Notes: generated by a model from the letters alone, not told the origin. A stretch of 64,000 nucleotides of DNA from an uncultured Spirochaetota bacterium (GCA_963820525.1 CAWGAA010000001.1:1216001-1280000), one strand, 5' to 3'; shown: positions 18,051 to 27,268, numbered from the stretch's first letter. Program-made: numbers and translations.

Positions 18051-18401
18051 CTATGCGGCGGGCGTAACCGTGAGGCCGCGGGCCTCGAGAGCCTCGCGGA
18101 TGGTCCGCTCCGAGATTTTCCCTCCGCTTTGAACGATCTCATCATCCACGGTGATGATTGGTACGTGCGCGGATCCGTCCTGCACGCGGGCCATTACCTG
18201 CGAGAACTGAAAGAACCCGGGGGAGAAGAGCTGAATGAACTCGAACGCCACCTGGCTGCCGAAGCGGCCTGCAAGGCGCTGAAAGATCACATCGGCCGCG
18301 TTTTCCCATGTCTTGCCTCCCGCACACCCTGAGATCGGTGGGGCGAACACGCGCACCACCACCGGCCGGGAAGCCGCGCGCGCCTGCTGCGTGTCCGGCA
18401 T
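18051..18401 (-). CDS. Small thioredoxin-fold-like protein
   Basis: VVRVFAPPISGCAG..VAFEFI..VPIITVDDEIVQSGGKI (cis-Pro loop pattern); start overlaps the upstream stop (TGATG). Confidence 0.6.
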   Translation of the reverse strand: MPDTQQARAASRPVVVRVFAPPISGCAGGKTWENAADVIFQRLAGRFGSQVAFEFIQLFSPGFFQFSQVMARVQDGSAHVPIITVDDEIVQSGGKISERTIREALEARGLTVTPAA

Positions 18402-18628
18402 CAGCAGCATCCCGCTCCGCTGCCGGGACCGCAGGCCGGCATTCCACCCAACCCTCCGGAGGAACCCGTCCTCGCGGAGGAGAGAATTCCGATCGTCCCG
18501 AAAACCTGCGTGGCCTTCTTCGAACCGCACGAGGGACACTCAGGGTGGAGTCCCGCCTCTTTTTCGGCTACCGACGCGGTGACGTCGAACATCATACCGC
18601 ACTCCTTGCACCGATACTCATACGTCAT
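18401..18628 (-). CDS. FmdB-family zinc ribbon protein ending in Cys-Cys
   Basis: MTYEYRCKECG..F..ECPSCGS; Gly-rich tail ending PACGPGSGAGCC*. Confidence 0.85.
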   Translation of the reverse strand: MTYEYRCKECGMMFDVTASVAEKEAGLHPECPSCGSKKATQVFGTIGILSSARTGSSGGLGGMPACGPGSGAGCC

Positions 18629-18664
18629 TTCAACGATCCTCCTGTTGCCCTGCGCCGCATTCCG

Positions 18665-20587
18665 TCAGCGTACGCTCGGCTCCGGTTCTTCCTGGAACAA
18701 CACATGCGCAGCGCGGCCCACCATTTCAAGACCGATGATCTCGGTCTCGAGGAGCGGCATGATCGCCACCGGGAGGCCGAAGCGCTTCCTGATCTCCGCG
18801 AGGTATTTCTCCTGCATGGCACGACGCTTTCTGAAGTAGTCATTCGTGCAATACTCGCGCGAGAGCACTTGATTGGTAATGACGAGCTGAGTCCCGATAC
18901 CGGCATCCCGCAGGTCGAGCATGGCGCGGTACGCTTCCACAACGGGGGTGGACTCGGGATAGACCACGAAGACGAAAACCGAACGCTCGGGATCCTTCAT
19001 CTGGGCGATGATGTGGTCGAAACGCTTCTGCATCTCGGACTTGGCTCCGGCTGAGGACGCGTTCGTGGTGACCATCAGCCCGATCTGATCGCTATAGTCA
19101 AAGGGCAGCTCGAGAAGCCGCAGCGTATGGCCGGTAGGCGCGGTGTCGAATATCACCACGTCGTACGCCTCCTGCTCCACGTACCCCATGAACTTGTCGA
19201 ATGCCGCCATCTCCTCCGTGCAGGGCGATTCAAGCTCTTCGCGCACCGCGGCAAGCATATCCTGCGAGTACTTCTTTTTCGCCTCCTCGATGATGCGCGC
19301 CTTGTATTCCAATACGGCCTTCTCCTGATCGATCATGACGGCCCACAGGTTTTCAACTCCCTCAACGGACTGGATTGTATCGTTCACGTCCTGGTTTAGC
19401 ACCTGACCGATGTGGGATGCCGGATCCGTGGTGAGAAGAAGCGTCCTGAGGCCACGCGCGGCGGTTGCGTATGCGGCGGCGCACGCCATGGTCGTCTTGC
19501 CGACTCCGCCCTTGCCGGTGAAGAACACCGCCTTCGATTTTCCGCTCACGGGCCGAAAGAGATCCATCAGCGATGCCGAATCGAGCGTCTCGAAGACCTT
19601 CGCTTCGGGGCTCACGACGCGCTCTGATGCCGCACCGATCCACGCGCCTCCCCTCTCCGACGAAAGACGGAAGCTCGGGGCATGCCCGTTTTCCGAAAAC
19701 AGATCGTTGGCGATATTGAGAAGACCCGGTATCCCTTTTATCTCACCGTCCCGCTGCAGCATCCGCCGGGTCGGGACGGGGAACTCCAGGGCGATGCGCG
19801 CGAGATACCCCTGCTGCATGTCGAATCGACTCTTGAAGAAGGGATGCTCGCATACTTCCTCCGGCAGAATTCCGTTCACGATGAGACTCACGTTCTTGAC
19901 GCCGATTGTGGCGAGTTCCGCCGAGGAACGTTTTGTCTCATAGAGCGAAGTCTCCTCGGGCTGAAGAACGAAGATGAAGTCGGTGCGCGCCGCGTCTCCC
20001 AGAAGGCGGGTCGCCTCGTCGTACTTCTTCTTGTTCTCCTGTATCGCCGCCACAGGGCCGATGCAGGTGTTGCCGCCGCCTTTGGCGCTCTCCTCGATGT
20101 GCTTGCTCCAATCGACGGGAAGCTCGAGCAGCCGTATCGTGTGCCCCGTGGGCGCGGTATCGAAGATGACCACATCGTAGGCTTTGTCACCATCGGTCGA
20201 TTCCTCGGTCATGAAGTCCACGAAGCGGTCGAATGAGGCGATCTCGGTGGTGCAGGGCGAGCGGAACTGCTCCTCCATCACTTTCATGACTTCCGCCGGC
20301 ATGACCGCCCGCATGGGCGCCAGGATGCGCTCGCGGTATTCCTCGGTGGCTTTGTCGGGGTCGATTTCCATGCCCCAAAGGTTGGGCAGGCCGAGAGGAC
20401 GAATTCGGTGGCCGATCTCCATCTCGAATACGTCTGCGAGGTTCGACGCAGGATCAGTGGTGACAATGAGCGTCCTTTTGCCCTGGCCGGCGGAGTGGAC
20501 CGCCGTGGCACAGGCCATGGTCGTCTTCCCGACTCCTCCTTTTCCCGAGAAGAACACGTAGCGGGTCTTGATGTTCCTTGATTTCAT
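18665..20587 (-). CDS. arsA: Arsenite-activated ATPase with two nucleotide-binding domains
   Basis: Two GKGGVGKT motifs, two DTAPTGHT signatures, SPCT in both halves, TCIGP. Confidence 0.93.
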   Translation of the reverse strand: MKSRNIKTRYVFFSGKGGVGKTTMACATAVHSAGQGKRTLIVTTDPASNLADVFEMEIGHRIRPLGLPNLWGMEIDPDKATEEYRERILAPMRAVMPAEVMKVMEEQFRSPCTTEIASFDRFVDFMTEESTDGDKAYDVVIFDTAPTGHTIRLLELPVDWSKHIEESAKGGGNTCIGPVAAIQENKKKYDEATRLLGDAARTDFIFVLQPEETSLYETKRSSAELATIGVKNVSLIVNGILPEEVCEHPFFKSRFDMQQGYLARIALEFPVPTRRMLQRDGEIKGIPGLLNIANDLFSENGHAPSFRLSSERGGAWIGAASERVVSPEAKVFETLDSASLMDLFRPVSGKSKAVFFTGKGGVGKTTMACAAAYATAARGLRTLLLTTDPASHIGQVLNQDVNDTIQSVEGVENLWAVMIDQEKAVLEYKARIIEEAKKKYSQDMLAAVREELESPCTEEMAAFDKFMGYVEQEAYDVVIFDTAPTGHTLRLLELPFDYSDQIGLMVTTNASSAGAKSEMQKRFDHIIAQMKDPERSVFVFVVYPESTPVVEAYRAMLDLRDAGIGTQLVITNQVLSREYCTNDYFRKRRAMQEKYLAEIRKRFGLPVAIMPLLETEIIGLEMVGRAAHVLFQEEPEPSVR

Positions 20588-20606
20588 GTGAGATTCCTTT
20601 CGTCTC

Positions 20607-20945
20607 CTACTCTGAAGCTACCGGTTGTTGTGCGTACTGAAGAAGCTCATCATAGGTGGGGAATTCCCTCGTTTTCACCACCCTGCCATTGACCGCGGTC
20701 ACCGGAAGCACGCCCGTGCTCTGCTCCTTCAGGAGCGCGAGAACATCCGGGTTCTGCATGAACTTCGCCCCCTGTTGCTGAAGCAGGTAGCGGTGTACCA
20801 CGATACCGTGGTTGTTCTTCATCTTCAGCACCGCCTCGTTCAGATCCAAGAGCGCCGGGTCGATGACCGGTCCGCAGAGGCCCCCGGGGCAGCACATGGG
20901 AGGATCGAAGATCTCGATAAGAACGTTCGTGTTCATGCGCGCCAT
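20607..20945 (-). CDS. arsD: Arsenic metallochaperone
   Basis: IFDPPMCCPGGLCGP (CC-x4-C site), LPVTAVNG..FPT. Confidence 0.92.
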   Translation of the reverse strand: MARMNTNVLIEIFDPPMCCPGGLCGPVIDPALLDLNEAVLKMKNNHGIVVHRYLLQQQGAKFMQNPDVLALLKEQSTGVLPVTAVNGRVVKTREFPTYDELLQYAQQPVASE

Positions 20946-21361
20946 ACCCTCTCCTTTGTATGCATTCGTCCTCGCTCGAAACGTCTGGGGGACAACTTCC
21001 CTTCAGGAGGGAAACCCACAATGCACTTTCCATCCTCTCGGAGGCGGAGCCGCCTTTCCAACTGCTTTCGGTCCAGATCGAACGTCTCACTGGTGAGAAA
21101 AGCCTCAAGAAACTCAAACACTGTTGCGTTCGCATCGTTTTCTTTTTCCACCGAATGGTAAGCCCAGGTTCCTTCCTTTTCGACCTTCACAAGCTCCGCG
21201 TTTTTCAGAATGAGCAGATGCCGGGATACCTGGTATTGGGGAAGGCTCAGGGCATCCACCATCTCGCATACGCACAAGGGAACCTTCGCCGCGAGTAAAA
21301 TGTTCATCAAGCGGAGCCTGGTTTCATCGGCAAGGGCTTTCATCACCCGTGTTTGCTTCAT
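20933..21361 (-). CDS. arsR: ArsR/SmtB repressor with alpha3 CxC metalloid site
   Basis: KALADETRLRLM, LCVCEM, VSRHLLILKNAELV, KEGTWAYHS. Confidence 0.9.
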   Translation of the reverse strand: MKQTRVMKALADETRLRLMNILLAAKVPLCVCEMVDALSLPQYQVSRHLLILKNAELVKVEKEGTWAYHSVEKENDANATVFEFLEAFLTSETFDLDRKQLERRLRLREDGKCIVGFPPEGKLSPRRFERGRMHTKERVWRA

Positions 21362-21373
21362 ATGCCATTCCTT

Positions 21374-21394
21374 TATATGCATGTATGCGTTTAT
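21374..21394. promoter_or_regulatory. Probable ArsR operator for the left arm
   Basis: Imperfect dyad ATATGCAT-GT-ATGCGTTT in an AT-rich stretch just upstream of the arsR RBS. Confidence 0.5.
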
Positions 21395-21646
21395 TTACAT
21401 ATTTAAAATAGCATAATACTAGCCAACTGTCAACTCCCGCCCTAGCACCGAGAAACCAAGAGACTGACGCCCCGTTTGTGAAGAATGCCCAGTATTCAAT
21501 TCTGCCTGGATTGACCGGAGCGGCGGTTCACCGTGAAATTGCGGGGACAGAGCAACGCTTACACGCCTTTCGGCCAGTTCGAACACGCCGTTGCTGCTCA
21601 AACTCTTTCCGCCCCCGCGATTTGTTCATTTTTGTCAATTCCGTTC

Positions 21647-21680
21647 TTGACAAATATTTGCTTCATGGTAGAATTGCCAT
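21647..21680 (+). promoter_or_regulatory. Promoter and dyad for the right arm
   Basis: TTGACA-16 nt-TAGAAT with extended TG; dyad ATGGTA-gaat-TGCCAT overlaps the -10. Confidence 0.6.
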
Positions 21681-21686
21681 TTAGCC

Positions 21687-22004
21687 ATGGATACGAAAAC
21701 TCTCAGATTGTATCAGGGTCGCGTGAAGGTCATTAAAGCGCTCGCCCACCCAAGCCGCCTTTATATGGTCGATAAGCTCTCGGAGCGGGCACACTGCGTG
21801 AACGAGCTCACCGCGCTGGTAGGCTGCGATATGTCAACCGTGTCGAAGCACCTGAGCGTGTTGAAAAACGCGGGGGTCGTGCAGGACGAGAAACGCGGGA
21901 CCGCTATCTACTATTCACTGAGCGTGCCCTGCATCCTCAACTTCTTCAAGTGCACTGACGCGGTGCTCAAGGCTATCAAGGAGGAAGAGATGAGCCTCGT
22001 GTAA
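21687..22004 (+). CDS. ArsR/SmtB family regulator
   Basis: KALAHPSRL, HCVNEL, STVSKHLSVLKNAG, YYSL..PC..FFKC. Confidence 0.92.
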   Translation: MDTKTLRLYQGRVKVIKALAHPSRLYMVDKLSERAHCVNELTALVGCDMSTVSKHLSVLKNAGVVQDEKRGTAIYYSLSVPCILNFFKCTDAVLKAIKEEEMSLV

Positions 22005-22010
22005 GACGTA

Positions 22011-22168
22011 TGGGTTTGACACTCGTCGGATCAGGGAGAGGGTGATGGAAATCAAATTTGAGCTCAAAAAGGAGTGGAAACCGCTCCTCGGCATCGTCGC
22101 GCTTTTCCTGGCCTCCTACTATCTGCCGATAGGTCTCCGGCGCTTCGACGGCGCTGTCAAGGAAGCCC
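22011..22168 (+). repeat. Duplicate of the RBS and first ~41 codons of the permease gene (direct repeat of 23162-23319)
   Basis: MEIKFELKKEWKPLLGIVALFLASYYLPIGLRRFDGAVKEA versus MEVKLELKKEWKPLLGIVALFLAAYYLPIGLPRFDGAVKEA. Confidence 0.9.
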
Positions 22169-22181
22169 CAAACGCGCGTAA

Positions 22182-22203
22182 TAGTTCAATAGGTATTGAA
22201 CTA
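22182..22203. promoter_or_regulatory. Perfect 10-2-10 inverted repeat, ArsR/SmtB-type operator candidate
   Basis: TAGTTCAATA-GG-TATTGAACTA, 33 nt upstream of the USP start. Confidence 0.65.
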
Positions 22204-22236
22204 ATCATATAGGAAAAGCTTGCAAGGGGGAGCGGT

Positions 22237-23109
22237 ATGTTCAGCAAAATACTGATCGCATCCGATTTGTCCGAAGCATCGAACGAGATGATACGATGCA
22301 TACAGGGGCTTCGACTTCTCGGAAGCCGCGAAGCGGTTCTTTTTCACGCGCTTCGAATTCGGCATCTCGATGACCTGAAATACGAGCTCGCGCGATACGC
22401 CGAGCCGCAGCTGCAAAAGCAAAAGGCCGCCCTCGAAGCGCTCGGCTTTACGACAAAAATCGAAATAGCCCCGAGCGAAACAGCGTACGAGTTGGAACGT
22501 GCCGCAAGGAAAGAAAATATCTCGCTCGTCGTGATCGCTACCCACGGCAAGAGCCTCCTGAAACACGCGTTTATGGGGGGCGAGGCGACCAAGATACTCC
22601 AACACCACACCAAGCCGGTTCTGGTGATTCGAATAGCCATCACTGAAAGAGAGGGAGAGACAAAATGCGAAGCGAGTTGCCTAGACCCCTCAAGGAAAAT
22701 CCTGTATGCGACAGACTTTTCCGACACGGCCCAGCGGGCATTCACCTATGTTGAAATGATGGTGGAGAGCGGCTGGAAGAAAATAACTGTCCTGCACGTG
22801 CAGGACAGTACGAGAATAGACAAACACCTCAAAGAGCGTCTGGACGAATTCAATTCGATCGACACCGAGCGCCTCGAAATGCTAAAGGATGCGCTGCTGA
22901 AGAAGGGCGCCTCGGAGGTCGACATTGCCCTTTCGTACGGGTTGCCGTTTCAGGAAATCACAAAGATGGCAAAGAGCAATTTGTATTCCATCATCGTGAT
23001 GGGGAGCCAGGGAAGGGGCTTTGCCGAGGAAATATTTCTGGGAAGCGTGAGCCACAACTTGGTGCGCCATGCTCCCATTCCGGTACTGCTTGTGCCAGCG
23101 TTACGTTAG
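22237..23109 (+). CDS. Tandem-domain universal stress protein
   Basis: KILIASDLS..VIATHG..KPVLVI and KILYATDFS..VMGSQGRG..LGSVS..PVLLVP. Confidence 0.93.
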   Translation: MFSKILIASDLSEASNEMIRCIQGLRLLGSREAVLFHALRIRHLDDLKYELARYAEPQLQKQKAALEALGFTTKIEIAPSETAYELERAARKENISLVVIATHGKSLLKHAFMGGEATKILQHHTKPVLVIRIAITEREGETKCEASCLDPSRKILYATDFSDTAQRAFTYVEMMVESGWKKITVLHVQDSTRIDKHLKERLDEFNSIDTERLEMLKDALLKKGASEVDIALSYGLPFQEITKMAKSNLYSIIVMGSQGRGFAEEIFLGSVSHNLVRHAPIPVLLVPALR

Positions 23110-23195
23110 ATGATTGCCTTACAAGTGCTGACGTCGTCTAGGCGCTTTTTTCTTTATCGTGTGGGCGTGACCCGCGTCGGATCAGGGAGAGGGTA

Positions 23196-24506
23196 ATGGA
23201 AGTCAAATTGGAACTCAAAAAGGAGTGGAAGCCGCTCCTCGGCATCGTCGCGCTTTTCCTGGCTGCCTACTATCTGCCGATAGGTCTCCCGCGCTTCGAC
23301 GGCGCCGTCAAGGAAGCCCTTTCGCTGGTCAAATGGTACGCGCAGGAGCATGTGCTTCTCTGCCTGGTTCCCGCGTTCTTCATTGCCGGCGCCATCGGGG
23401 TATTCGTCAACCAGGCCTCGGTAATGAAGTACCTCGGACCCAAGGCGAACAAGCTTCTTTCATACTCAGTCGCCTCGGTTTCAGGAACCGTCCTCGCGGT
23501 CTGCTCCTGCACCGTTCTTCCCCTTTTCTCGGGTATATACCGAATGGGCGCCGGCATCGGTCCGGCTACCGCCTTCCTCTACTCCGGCCCCGCCATCAAT
23601 GTGCTGGCCATCGTGTTCACGGCCCGCATCCTGGGCCTGGAAATGGGTGTTGCCCGGACCGTGGGCGCCGTGGCGTTCAGTGTCATCATCGGGCTCTTCA
23701 TGCACCTGATCTTCCGAAAGGAGGAACAGGCCAAGGCGGCGGCGTGGGCGTCGATGCCGGAGCCCGAGGTCAAACGCCCCCTGTGGCAGAATGGCGTTTT
23801 TTTCGCTCTTCTTGTGGCGATCCTCGTGTTCGCCAATTGGGCAAGGCCTGAGATCCCCTTCGGCGCATGGTACGCGATCTGGACGGTCAAATGGCCGGTC
23901 ACGGCCGCAGCATCGATCGGGCTGGGGGCAGTGCTGATCGGATGGTTCAAGCTGGCGTGGTGGAAGATCGCCCTTACCGCCGCCCCGACGCTCGCCCTCG
24001 CCCTCATCTTCCCCGGCATTCCGCAGCTCGCGTTCGGATCCGCCGTGGTCGGGCTTTCAATCAGCCTGGCCACCGACAAGGCCGAGGGAGGAGGATGGTT
24101 CAACACTTCGTGGGGTTTCGCCAAGCAGATTTTCCCCCTTCTGTTCCTCGGTGTCTTTTTCTCCGGCCTCTTCCTGGGAAGGCCGGGGCACGAGGGGCTC
24201 ATCCCTTCGGGATGGATAGCTCATCTTGTAGGAGGGAACTCGCTTTGGTCCAACCTGTTCGCCTCGGTGGCCGGGGCTCTCATGTATTTTGCCACTCTCA
24301 CCGAGGTGCCCATCCTCCAGGGCTTGATGGCGAACGGCATGGGAAAGGGCCCGGCCCTCGCTCTGCTCTTGGCGGGACCCGCCCTTTCGCTTCCCAGCAT
24401 GCTGGTGCTTCGAAGCATCCTGGGAACGAGGAAGGCGCTCACGTACATCCTTCTCGTGGTAGCAATGGCGACTGTGACCGGAATAGCCTACGGCGCCTTG
24501 TTTTGA
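23196..24506 (+). CDS. DUF318 / ArsP-type permease
   Basis: HVLLCLVPAFFIAGAI, VCSCTVLP, FLYSGPAIN, MYFATLTEVP, LLLAGPALSLP. Confidence 0.88.
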   Translation: MEVKLELKKEWKPLLGIVALFLAAYYLPIGLPRFDGAVKEALSLVKWYAQEHVLLCLVPAFFIAGAIGVFVNQASVMKYLGPKANKLLSYSVASVSGTVLAVCSCTVLPLFSGIYRMGAGIGPATAFLYSGPAINVLAIVFTARILGLEMGVARTVGAVAFSVIIGLFMHLIFRKEEQAKAAAWASMPEPEVKRPLWQNGVFFALLVAILVFANWARPEIPFGAWYAIWTVKWPVTAAASIGLGAVLIGWFKLAWWKIALTAAPTLALALIFPGIPQLAFGSAVVGLSISLATDKAEGGGWFNTSWGFAKQIFPLLFLGVFFSGLFLGRPGHEGLIPSGWIAHLVGGNSLWSNLFASVAGALMYFATLTEVPILQGLMANGMGKGPALALLLAGPALSLPSMLVLRSILGTRKALTYILLVVAMATVTGIAYGALF

Positions 24507-24525
24507 TTTGCAGGAGGAAATGCCG

Positions 24526-24762
24526 ATGAAGATCGAAGTCCTCGGGCCGGGCTGCCCCAAGTGCCAGAGCACCGAGCAGAATGTGATGAAAGCCTTGGGA
24601 GAGCTGAACCTCCAAGCAGAGGTGGTGAAGGTGACCGACATCAATGCCATCATCGAGCGGGGCGTCATGTGGACGCCGGCTCTCGTTATCGACGGGAAAT
24701 TAGCCCTGCAGGGCAAGATTCCGACGGTGGATCAGATCAAGCAGCTCATAAAAGGGGGATGA
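24526..24762 (+). CDS. Small redox-active disulfide protein (MTH895-like thioredoxin)
   Basis: IEVLGPGCPKC, GVMWTPALVIDG..GKIP. Confidence 0.9.
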   Translation: MKIEVLGPGCPKCQSTEQNVMKALGELNLQAEVVKVTDINAIIERGVMWTPALVIDGKLALQGKIPTVDQIKQLIKGG

Positions 24763-24766
24763 TCCG

Positions 24767-25030
24767 ATGGGAAGCTATGGAAGGTGGCGAGGCGTGCCGA
24801 GAGAGCAGGTGCCCTGGTATCCCACGGTTGATTCGGCGAAGTGCAAGGGATGCAAGGAGTGCTACGGTTTTTGTCATCAGAAAGTCTTCGCCTGGGATGC
24901 GGAGAACGACAAAACCCTTGTCGCCGAGCCGTATCGGTGCGTGGTGGGCTGCAGCACCTGCGCGAGCCTCTGCAAAGAAGGGGCGATATCCTTCCCGCCC
25001 TTGACTATCCTGAAAAACATCGGGAGGTGA
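24767..25030 (+). CDS. 2x[4Fe-4S] ferredoxin
   Basis: CKGCKECYGFC and CVVGCSTCASLC; N-terminal GVPREQVPWYP. Confidence 0.88.
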   Translation: MGSYGRWRGVPREQVPWYPTVDSAKCKGCKECYGFCHQKVFAWDAENDKTLVAEPYRCVVGCSTCASLCKEGAISFPPLTILKNIGR

Positions 25031-25035
25031 ACCGC

Positions 25036-25329
25036 ATGGAGACTGTAGTAAAAGATTACCTGGGCATCCCAAGGAACCTCATTCCCTGGTTTCCGTCCGT
25101 GGACGGGGCCAGATGCAAGGGCTGCTCCACCTGCGTCAAAGCCTGCAAGCACGAAGTATTCGCCTACGACAGCTCTAAGAAACAGGCTTTCGTCGCAAAC
25201 CCCTATTCCTGTGAAGTCTTCTGCCAGAGCTGCCAATTCCAGTGCAACGAGGAAGCCATCTCTTTTCCCGACAAAAGTCGGGTGAAAGAGATCATCAAGA
25301 AGCTGCGGGAACAGTACCCGCCAAGATGA
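25036..25329 (+). CDS. 2x[4Fe-4S] ferredoxin (paralog of the previous gene)
   Basis: CKGCSTCVKAC and CEVFCQSCQFQC; N-terminal GIPRNLIPWFP. Confidence 0.88.
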   Translation: METVVKDYLGIPRNLIPWFPSVDGARCKGCSTCVKACKHEVFAYDSSKKQAFVANPYSCEVFCQSCQFQCNEEAISFPDKSRVKEIIKKLREQYPPR

Positions 25330-25349
25330 CCGAAGAATGGAGGGACGCC

Positions 25350-25718
25350 ATGAAGGATAAACCGAGATTTCTCCTCTGCGTTTGTCGGGGCGACTGTCCA
25401 GGTTTCGCGAAACTGGACATCTGGAAGTTCATCAACTTCGTGCGCAACGAGCTCGAAGTGGAATATGCCGTCGCGCACCCACAGATGTGCGTTGACGACG
25501 GCGACCGATTCTGGAAGGATTATGCGAAGAAAGGCGCAACGTATATCGTGGCGGGTTGCGATCCGAAGATGCAGCGCAAGATGTACAAGGACGCCCTCGC
25601 GGAAGTAGGATGCGATTTCGACAAGCAGGTATTCCCGATTGACCTGAGGAATATTCCCACGGAGGAGGCGATGCAGAAGATCAAAACCTTCGTGGAAGAG
25701 GTGAACAGTAGAACGTGA
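25350..25718 (+). CDS. Stand-alone protein resembling the N-terminal Fe-S domain of heterodisulfide reductase A
   Basis: LLCVCRGDC..HPQMC..IVAGCDP..IDLRN matches the HdrA N-terminal CxC..C..AC.P..NiR pattern. Confidence 0.65.
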   Translation: MKDKPRFLLCVCRGDCPGFAKLDIWKFINFVRNELEVEYAVAHPQMCVDDGDRFWKDYAKKGATYIVAGCDPKMQRKMYKDALAEVGCDFDKQVFPIDLRNIPTEEAMQKIKTFVEEVNSRT

Positions 25719-25792
25719 TGCTCTTCCCTGGCTCGCGGACCGGCGATGGAACTCTGCCTTGCTGCGGCCAAAGATCATCATGCTGTGGATGA
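25718..25792 (+). CDS. 24-aa Cys-rich peptide MLFPGSRTGDGTLPCCGQRSSCCG (below the ORF-track cutoff)
   Basis: ATG overlaps the upstream stop (TGATG), GAGGTG lies upstream, and the stop abuts the acr3 RBS. Confidence 0.55.
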   Translation: MLFPGSRTGDGTLPCCGQRSSCCG

Positions 25793-25807
25793 GAGGAGTA
25801 GCAATTC

Positions 25808-26911
25808 ATGCAGGGAAGGACGATCTCCAAACTTTCATTTCTCGACCGTTTTCTGACTCTCTGGATCTTTCTCGCCATGGCGGTGGGGGTGGGAATCGGA
25901 TACCTGGTTCCCGGGGTCGAGCCGTTCATGAACAAGTTCCAGGCAGGCACGACCAATATCCCCATTGCGATTGGGCTTATCCTGATGATGTATCCTGTTC
26001 TGGCCAAGGTGCGCTATGAGGCGTTCGCAACGGTGTTCCGCCATGGGAAAACCCTCGCACTCTCCCTGATCGCCAACTGGATCGTCGGGCCCATTGTGAT
26101 GTTCACGCTCGCCATGCTCTTCCTTCACGGACATCAGGAGTATGCCATCGGCCTGATCCTGGTCGGGCTTGCGCGCTGTATCGCCATGGTGCTCGTATGG
26201 AACGATCTTGCCAAGGCTGACAGGGACCTCGTGGCCGGGTTGGTCGCTTTCAACGCGGTCTTCCAGGTGCTGTTCTACAGCGTCTACGCGTGGATCTTCG
26301 TCACGCTTCTGCCGCCGATTTTCGGCATGAAGGGAAGCACCGTCGATGTGCGTATGGCCAAGATCGCCAAGAGCGTGTTCATCTACCTGGGCATACCTTT
26401 CCTTGGGGGGATCGTCACGAGATTCGCTCTCATGGGATTGAAAGGACGCGACTGGTACGAAAAATCCTTCATTCCGAAGATCGCTCCGGTGACACTGGTG
26501 GCCCTTCTCTTTACGATTGTTGTCATGTTCTCCCTCAAGGGAAACCTGATCATCCAGCTTCCGCTCGATGTGGTGCGCATCGCGGTGCCGCTTGCGCTGT
26601 ATTTCGCGATCATGTTTATCGTCACTTTTTTCATTTCGCGGAGGATCGGATCCCCATACAAGCCGACCGCCACCGTAGCGCTCACCGCGGCGAGCAATGA
26701 TTTCGAGCTGGCGATCGCCGTGGCTGTCGCGGTGTTCGGAATCGGCTCCGGTGTGGCTTTTGCTGCGGTCATCGGTCCGCTGGTGGAAGTTCCTGTCATG
26801 TTGGGGCTGGTCAACGTTTCCCTCTGGTTCAGGCGGAAGCTCTTCGCAGACGATGGCGAGATGCCGGAAGCTGCGCCTGCCCCCCGACAATCCACGATGC
26901 GCCGCCCCTGA
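25808..26911 (+). CDS. acr3: Acr3 family arsenite efflux transporter
   Basis: [49 protein letters not shown]. Confidence 0.95.
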   Translation: MQGRTISKLSFLDRFLTLWIFLAMAVGVGIGYLVPGVEPFMNKFQAGTTNIPIAIGLILMMYPVLAKVRYEAFATVFRHGKTLALSLIANWIVGPIVMFTLAMLFLHGHQEYAIGLILVGLARCIAMVLVWNDLAKADRDLVAGLVAFNAVFQVLFYSVYAWIFVTLLPPIFGMKGSTVDVRMAKIAKSVFIYLGIPFLGGIVTRFALMGLKGRDWYEKSFIPKIAPVTLVALLFTIVVMFSLKGNLIIQLPLDVVRIAVPLALYFAIMFIVTFFISRRIGSPYKPTATVALTAASNDFELAIAVAVAVFGIGSGVAFAAVIGPLVEVPVMLGLVNVSLWFRRKLFADDGEMPEAAPAPRQSTMRRP

Positions 26912-26935
26912 TGTCTCGGTGGATGCCTGGAGCGC

Positions 26936-27268
26936 ATGATGATAAAGACCACGATACAGGCAGGCATATGCGGCTTCACAACCACGGTGTTAGCTTGCTC
27001 GGAGGACATGCAGAACGTGACCCTCCAGATCACGAGTACCTGCGACAAGATCCGCGGGCTTGCCGCCGATCTCGGGATAGTTTACGCCTACCAGGAGATT
27101 GGCAATGGCTTCGACGGGACGGTTCACAAGGCGGTCCGGAAGCACTTGAATGGATGCTGTTCGGGCTGCGTTGTGCCGAGCGGTATCTTCAAGACCATGC
27201 AGGTCGCGGGCGGTGTCGCGCTCCCCACCCCTGTCTCATTCACGATCGAAAAGACGGAAAATGTGTGA
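26936..27268 (+). CDS. Small Cys-containing protein (DUF6951-like)
   Basis: IQAGICGFTT, ITSTC, CCSGCVVPSG..VAGGVALP. Confidence 0.6.
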   Translation: MMIKTTIQAGICGFTTTVLACSEDMQNVTLQITSTCDKIRGLAADLGIVYAYQEIGNGFDGTVHKAVRKHLNGCCSGCVVPSGIFKTMQVAGGVALPTPVSFTIEKTENV

